Shown one piece after another: positions 53,413-64,000 of a stretch of DNA of 64,000 nucleotides. The notes below the pieces were generated by a model. It was not told the DNA's origin and made no database searches. It saw nothing but the letters and a program-made list of their open reading frames with translations. The stretch lies in contig CP068257.2 of the NCBI GenBank assembly GCA_009914755.4, positions 16,736,001 through 16,800,000 of the forward strand, written 5' to 3'. Source of the stretch: the human T2T-CHM13v2.0 reference genome, Homo sapiens. The first letter of the stretch is position 1; each line of letters begins with the position of its first letter. The translations under genes were made by a program, and so were the position numbers.

Positions 53413-56029
53413 TGCCTACGTAGATGTATGAACAAAGTTTCTAGTTCTAGTGTTTGTAATTTGAGATTACTTATACTATACTTGCAGCTTTGCCTAGTTT
53501 TCTTCCTAAAATGTTCAACTACATGTTACTCTCATTGAGTACCTTAATATATTTCACATCCATTAAGAATTTTAAAGAGAGATATGTATTTTTGCTCAAA
53601 TAATTTCTTAATTTAAATATAGTTTTAATTCACCAGAGCATGAATCCAAGTAGTTAAAAATATGTATGTTGTATGTTCAGCTCATGAATCTTCCCATTAT
53701 ATTTACTATTACTGATTGATGCATGTTAGCACTTATCACCTTTTCACAATGTTAGCATCAGTCTTTGTGAAAGCTGTACCTCTTAGTAAATATCTGAAAA
53801 TATTGCATTAAAATTAAAATTTGGGGTCACAAAAAAGTCACTGTTAGATGTGTATCAATGCTGGTGAATAATCATATTTCACAATTAGTGACACCTTTTT
53901 CTATCTGCTTGAAGAAGGTTATATAGCATTCTGTTTTTGATAGTTTAAATGGTTTCTCTCAAAAGATGTGTAGTATCTGTCCAAAACATTTGGTCCCATA
54001 AAAAAGAAACTATGTTTTGCCTTGGGTAATTTTATGTTGCTTGATCAAAGATCTAGTTACTTATTTTGGCAGCAGAAAATATATTGGTGAAGGTGTTCAC
54101 CTAGAATGAAGCTTCAATTCTATGGGGATAGATTCATTCTTTATCTTGGTGGTGGTTGCTCAACCAAAACTGGGCATTTTTCAGCTTGTCCAACTAGTGT
54201 GGCAATTGTTATTAGGAAACTTCTTTGACGAAATCATCACTTATGCCATACATATCCAATAAAAGAAGAGCAGAATTACTACAATCTGCTGCTCTGTATG
54301 CTGGTGCAATAACACCAAATATTAGCTTGTCAAATTCATCTTATGCAAGTTTGTGATCAAGGTTTTCCAATCATTTCCGGATACAAGTAATCATGAGACA
54401 CAGGGAAAACAAGGAGAGGTCTGGGCCCACCAATGTAGCTCTGATATTCCCTTCTTGCAGCAGTGGAATGCACTCTGGTCCACAATATATCAAATGTGTA
54501 ATAATGTATGCAGCTAGATTATTTACATAGAAGAGAGTTCTTTTGGTCTTAAAAGACATTCTTTTTATTCTTATAAATTATACAGCTTTTGTGACATTTT
54601 CCAGGCAAATGTGCTCCAAAACTCTACACATGTTAGTTTGCTTAGCATGTACAGTCTTAGAACAGATATATCTGACTAAAAGCAATCCATAGGAAGGAAC
54701 TCTCCAGCTAGCAAGACCATTAGTTCATTTGTTATTAGCAAATTAGCAAATTGTCCAGATCACCATTTTTCTTTGCTGTAAAGTCTCCCAGTAAAAAGAG
54801 AAAAAGAATTTTATACTTGCTGTGTTAGTTTATAGAATAAAAATTTGTGCTCCATCAAGGCTACAAATGTCTTAAGAACCAGCCTAGCCCAAGGATGTTA
54901 TTGCTTTTATCCTGAAATGTTTTATATTATAATAAATATCCTGTGTACTTACTTTCCAGCCAGGTTTTTCCTTTGTAATTGCTGTATTTTATGCAGGTTG
55001 ACATACTTCTTAATATGGTCTCACATTGACCATATTATGTAAAGTTTTATCATGGCCCTATCCCTTGATTCTGGGTCTCTTGGTCCATTCTTTCTGTTTT
55101 CCATTGAAACTTCGGAATTTCTCCCCTGTTTCTTTTCTTTCTTTGTCTTTTCAAAGATGATATTCAAGGAGAGTAGTTAAATATGTTGATTCAAACAATA
55201 GCTTGTATGGCAATTTAAATTTCATTTTAAATTATTGTATATACTTTTCCTTCTTTTCTCCAATAAGAACTTTTTTCCAAAGTATAGTTGTGTTCAAACT
55301 ATGAGTCCACTAAAGCAATTATAATTAAATAACTTGAATAGTTTAATTTAAAATGATTTCTCATATGCATAAAATTTTTCTTACTAAAATTTCCATTTAC
55401 TTTTACAAGTTTTTCCACTTTAGAAAATATAGGATTTATCTATGCAATCAAAAATGCCTACTAGAGCCTTTTAGCTTTTCTCTTTCTGAAATGAAAATGA
55501 AATGTACCAAATTACCTTTGGTAAATGCACTTTCTAATTCTTCTATGCTACTTCCACATATTGATTTCTATAACAGAAAAAGTATATATGTTTACTAAAG
55601 TGTGTCAATGACTTTCTTTTACTTTTAAGAAAATAAGTAAAATTATTGGGTGAATATTCAAGGAATTTTAATAAAGTTTTCTTACATTTATCTTCATCTT
55701 CAGATCCTTGCATTGAACTGAAAACTTTAATTCTGAATAATTTGTAGCTTCCTGAATACATTTTGCTTTGTCATGAACTCATCCCTTCATATAAAGTATT
55801 CTCTTACACTTGGGTTTCTGGATTATCATTTCCTCCATTCCTCTTTCCTACTTGGAGGCCTCTTATTTATCCTTTAAGCCATATTCCAAGAGTTTTCTCC
55901 TCTGATAATACTTCTCTGAACTCTTCTATTATTTGTAGTTTGAGACACTATGTCTTCATCAATTTCCTGAGCTATTTATGTAATATTTAGTAACATTATG
56001 AAAATAATAGAATCTTACTTTTGTGTCAT

Positions 56030-56485
56030 GTTAAGGGTTGAATTGTGCCTCGCCAAAATACACATGTTGAAGTACTAAATCTCAGTACCTCAGATTGCCA
56101 CCTTGTTAGGAAACAGGGTCATTGCAGATGTAACTAGTGAAATTAAGTGGAGGACATAATGGAGTAGGGTGGGCTCCTAATCAAATCTGAAAGGTATCCT
56201 TATAGGAAAGAAGGTTATGTGAAGACACAGAAATACAGGAAGAATGAACCGTGAAATGGGAGACAGAGATTGGAGTTATGCTTCCATACGCTAAAGAAAG
56301 CATCAGGCTACCAGGAGTCGGGAGAGTCAAGGTAGCATCCTTCCCTAGGGGCTTCAGAGAGACCACAGCCCGGCCCACGTAGATTTTGGATTTCCAGCCT
56401 CAAGGACAAGGAGATAAGAAATTTCTGTTGTTTAAAGCCACCAGCTTGTGGCACTTTGTTTAGGCAACCCTAGGAAACTGATTGA
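56030..56485 (+). mobile_element. MLT1-type (ERVL-MaLR) solo LTR, plus orientation
   Basis: Recognisable MLT1 consensus blocks: ...gccaccttgttaggaaacagggtcattgcagatgtaactagtgaaattaagtggaggacataatggagtagggtgggctcctaatcaaatctgaaaggtatccttataggaaagaaggttatgtgaagacacag...tttggatttccagcctcaaggac...ataagaaatttctgttgtttaaagccaccagcttgtggcactttgtttaggcaaccctaggaaactgat. Confidence 0.75.
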
Positions 56486-57072
56486 TGTCATGAAATTTTA
56501 GATGTCTTGGGAAACAGTAAAATTCTTCTCTAGTTTTTATACTCATCAATCATGATGTGATTTTTTTTCTTCTCCGAAAAAGTGGGGACTAATTATTTGT
56601 GAGAGTTAACTATTTTTGTCAAGTAAGTAATGCAAAGATTCCCGTGTACCTTTCTCGGAAAGATAACTTTGTATCATGGCAAAAAATTGAACATTTAATA
56701 AGTAACATGGTGAAAAATCCCAATTTAGAAAGTGTATGAGTTTACTTTTTTCATGTTAATACTAACTAGCAGCCAATATGCTGACACTGAACATACCTTA
56801 AATGGGGGAAATGGAGTCATTGTTGCACCTGACCACTGCTAGCAATGTTTGTCCTGGTAAGTATTTAAAACATTTTAGTGTCTCAAAAGATGGAAAAGAA
56901 TGGCCTAATCCACGCTGACTGATGAGAATAACTCAGGAACAGCAAATTAAAACCAAATTGGTGTTATCCACATCTTGTGCAACTCTTGTGTTGAAAATAA
57001 AGGAGCAGGAAAAACTTTTTGATTAAATTTCTGGAACTTCTGCCTCATTTATCTTAAAAATAACAGAGTTTA

Positions 57073-57349
57073 GGCCTGGCATGGTGGCTTATGCCTGTAA
57101 TTGTAACACTTTGGGAGGCAGACGAGGGCAGATTGCTTGAGCCCAGGAGTTTGAGACCAGCCTGGGTAACATGGAGAAACCCTGTCTCTAGAAAAAATAC
57201 AAAAGAATTAGACAGGCATGGTGGCTGAGGTGGGAGAATCACCTGAGCTTGAGAGGTCAAGGCTGCAGTGATCCATGATTGTGCTACTGCACTCCAGCCT
57301 GGGTGAGAAAGTAAGACCTTGTCTCAAAAAAAAAAAAAAAAAAAAAAAG
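57073..57349 (+). mobile_element. Old Alu (AluJ-like, internally deleted), plus orientation, poly-A tail, with TSD
   Basis: ggcctggcatggtggcttatgcctgtaattgtaacactttgggaggcagacgagggcagattgcttgagcccaggagtttgagaccagcctgggtaacatggagaaaccctgtctc...(a)24. TSD aaaataaca(g/t)agttt at 57057-57072 and 57350-57366. Confidence 0.9.
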
Positions 57350-57839
57350 AAAATAACATAGTTTGAGGATATAAAGAATACTCATTTCAGATTTTGGTAA
57401 GGGCCGAGTATGTTCAGATATACCTTCTAGCTGTTATTATTAACTTTATACATTTTCCTAAAATGTTATGATGAGTAGTTTGTTTTGGAGTTTTGCAGAT
57501 AAACTGTAATTAACATTTTTCTTATTTTGAAAAGTTGAAAAATATCTGTCCTTCAGTTTCTGGAATTTGTCCAGTTTGTTTTTAAAAAAATAAATGATCT
57601 GGCAATTGGATACTCACTACTTACTCTGAAAAGCCATTGTTGCCAATTTGGCAGGTCCAATACAGGGGTAAGGAGCTCTTTCACATGGATCCATTTGTTA
57701 TACTACTGCTCTGCGGTGCAAGATTAAATTAATCTCTCCTTTGTTTTTTCTTTCATGTGAAATGGCTTCAAATATTTTATTTTGGCTAGTATCAACCTTC
57801 TAAAAAGATAGCATATACGTGTTCGTACATCCAGCTACT

Positions 57840-58060
57840 TCAATAAAAGGAAGACTCACCATAATCTATACCTGCAGCTACATCTACATTGCACGTATAC
57901 TCATATCTATAGCTAATCTCTATCTCTACACACAGAGATACATGCACATATATACACACATTTATATATGTACACACATAAGTATAAACATGCATAAATA
58001 TTTTTATATTATTGTTACTGTTCAATTACATATATATGTATTATATATCTTAGAATCAGA
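57840..58060. repeat. AT/CA-rich low-complexity block (atacacacat, tatatatgta motifs)
   Basis: Read directly. Explains ORFs 57819..58067 and 57840..58025. Confidence 0.75.
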
Positions 58061-58725
58061 GAGCTAAATATTCCATTTTTTGTGTCTTTTTCTATCTTCA
58101 GTTTTAAGATGCTCTTTTCCTAGGTAATTTAATATCCATTTCTCTTAGAGAAGATAACAGAAGCAGACACATATCCAGAATAGTGATTTTTAAAAATATC
58201 TATGTAAACAGTCATAAATCTGGTGTATTTACACAACTATTTGCAGAACAATTATTATAGTTTGGATTACTACCCTACAGGAACATAACTGCTTTGTAAG
58301 CTTTCTAAAATATTTTTTTCTAATAATCTCTTACTTCTTCTGAATAGGAGGTATATATTAGCTATATCATTTGATAAACATCTTAATCCATCCAATGTTT
58401 TAGAAATATTTGAAATAGAAATTACATATTTGGAAGAAAGATTATTAAAAGGCACTATTAGTTACTTCTAAATAAATACATTTAAAAACTCATCTATTGC
58501 TCATAAATTAAACATCATGCATAAGTTATCTAGCCTTATATAATTATAATTTGATTGGACAAATTGAGTCTTTCATCTGTACTTAGAATTTATTTGTAAG
58601 TACTTTAAAAATAGATATTATCTTTTCTAAATTTTTTTCATCCTTGATGTTCCTTGAGGAAAGAAGTCCTTGGAGGAAGCAATAACCTCTACCTTGTATT
58701 TATATCCATCCTTTTATTTCACTTA

Positions 58726-62130
<3,405 letters not shown>

Positions 62131-63727
62131 CATTATTAATTTCTTTCTAGATCATCTCTTATACCAGAAAATGGTAAAATTAAAAGACATCTTTTTTAAA
62201 AATGTTAAGGAACAGTAATTAATATTGTTTCATATTTGTATGGTGCTTTATACTCTCTATCACAAATACCGTCTCATCATTTCACAGTAAGAATAACTGC
62301 CAGCACCATAAGCTATACCTGGCCCTGAGTCACAGTAGGAAAATCAGCAGCAACAAATACCTGATAACAAACAATAATCTATTTTAATTATATGCAAAGT
62401 GTATATGCTTGTATGTACTTATTTATTGTGAAAATTATGAATCAGAAAACTTTTCTGTTAGACATGACTGTATATCAATTTATGTAGATTTAATTAATGA
62501 CTTCAAATAATTATAAAATAATGCTTTAATGCTAAACGTTGTAGAACATTCTTTTGTTTTCCATAAAATCATGAAGCCCAGTAGTCTACATGATTTTCTT
62601 CGAAATCTTTTAATTAATCAGGGCTCTGAATTCTTTCTTATAAATCTTCTTTCTTATAGTTAAAAATGTTGAAAACAATCAACTCTAAAAGTCAATTCTC
62701 TCTTTATAGTCAGTTCCTGATAATGTCTCCCAAATGATCCTCAGAAATTACTGCTGGCCATTTGAGGTTTACACATATTCATCTCTGTATTTGCTTTTAC
62801 AAACTTACCCATGGAAAATGATCTTTTTGTTATAATGCTTTGCATTGAAGTAGTTCATTATATTTAAAAATTTCAATTAATTTTGCTAATACCTCATGTT
62901 GAAGGAGCAAGAATTTCTATGATCATATAATTGATGGAAAAACTGTAGCACAGAGAGTTTAAAAGATTTACCCAGAGATATTCATCAAGATAACAGTTTA
63001 GTTGATGATAACAATGCAGAATAACCTATTTTTAAGCAGTTTTTATTCTTTACTCAAAGTAGTCTTTTCTAAGTATATAAAGAAGTTTTGAATGAATTAT
63101 AAAAGTAATGAATTTTTTAAACATACAACATTTAAGTATTATGGTCATCAGAATATAAAATATATAGCACAGAACTTTTATACTAACTGCATTATTTTTC
63201 CAATTCAAATAGCATTGGTCATCGTGTTTTATAGAAATAGGGTTTTGAATGTGGGAGTGTTATCTCTTGACACTAGACAGTAGAATTTACAAAAGCATTG
63301 TGATGAAAGTGACAAGAATCAATAATGGGAAGGAGAGGTATAAATTAAATTGGATTTATGGATGGAAAAAAAAGAGACTAGTTAGATTTAGAGGCAGAAA
63401 ATTACAGCACAAAGAGAGACTAGATACCATCTTTAAAGCTCTTATTGAAATGTAAAATATTTTTAGTAGATAGCAGTGTAACCCAGTTCAGAGAGATTTA
63501 TCGAAAGCTAGAAATCACTTGAGAACAGAAAGCAGAGATCTTAGATAATGACTTCAAAGGCACAAAATGTTTTCATGAGGGAAACTTGTAAAGGTTGTGG
63601 GGTTGTTGTGGATAAGTTTTATAATTACACAGTACCATGGGACCATAGATGACTAGGCAAAATTCTCAAGGAAAGTTGTAGACACATTTTACCTATGTGG
63701 AACTCACACAGAAGAAAACTGTAGTGA

Positions 63728-64000
<273 letters not shown>

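Overview
This 64-kb window is primate (human-like) nuclear genomic DNA, not a prokaryotic or accessory-genome region. It is AT-rich and has no long cellular ORFs. The six-frame track is essentially noise: most of its ORFs fall in Alu sequences, simple repeats or retroelement remnants, and the only long ORF is a LINE-1 ORF2 fragment.

The sequence is dominated by primate interspersed repeats:
- At least 11 Alu elements, several with perfect target-site duplications (TSDs).
- Three LINE-1 insertions, two of which show the twin-priming 5'-inversion architecture.
- One full-length ERVL-MaLR (THE1/MST-type) element with both LTRs and a 5-bp TSD, a second copy truncated at its 5' end, and an MLT1-type solo LTR.
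- Many microsatellites (CA, CT, GAAA/GGAA, TTCC, CTG, TCTG/TCTA) and a 55-bp minisatellite.

The most interesting non-repeat signals are two candidate protein-coding exons on the minus strand:
- A 5' coding exon at 27129-27273 that would encode a type-II signal-anchor N-terminus, with a strong Kozak ATG and a GTAAGT donor.
- An internal 152-nt exon at 7298-7449 with a polypyrimidine/AG acceptor and a GTATGT donor.

Together these suggest that this window lies inside, or includes the 5' end of, a large minus-strand gene with long introns. I could not recognise the gene from memory.

Structurally, the most unusual feature is a ~0.5-kb inverted duplication (48932-49455 and 51412-51909, ~95% identity, ~2-kb spacer). 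Its right arm abuts the truncated MaLR element exactly, and a pair of ~170-bp direct repeats lies inside the spacer.

I found no evidence of any novel multi-gene system in the sense the prompt anticipates. Everything here is explained by ordinary mammalian intronic or intergenic architecture. All coordinates are read by eye and may be off by a few bases.
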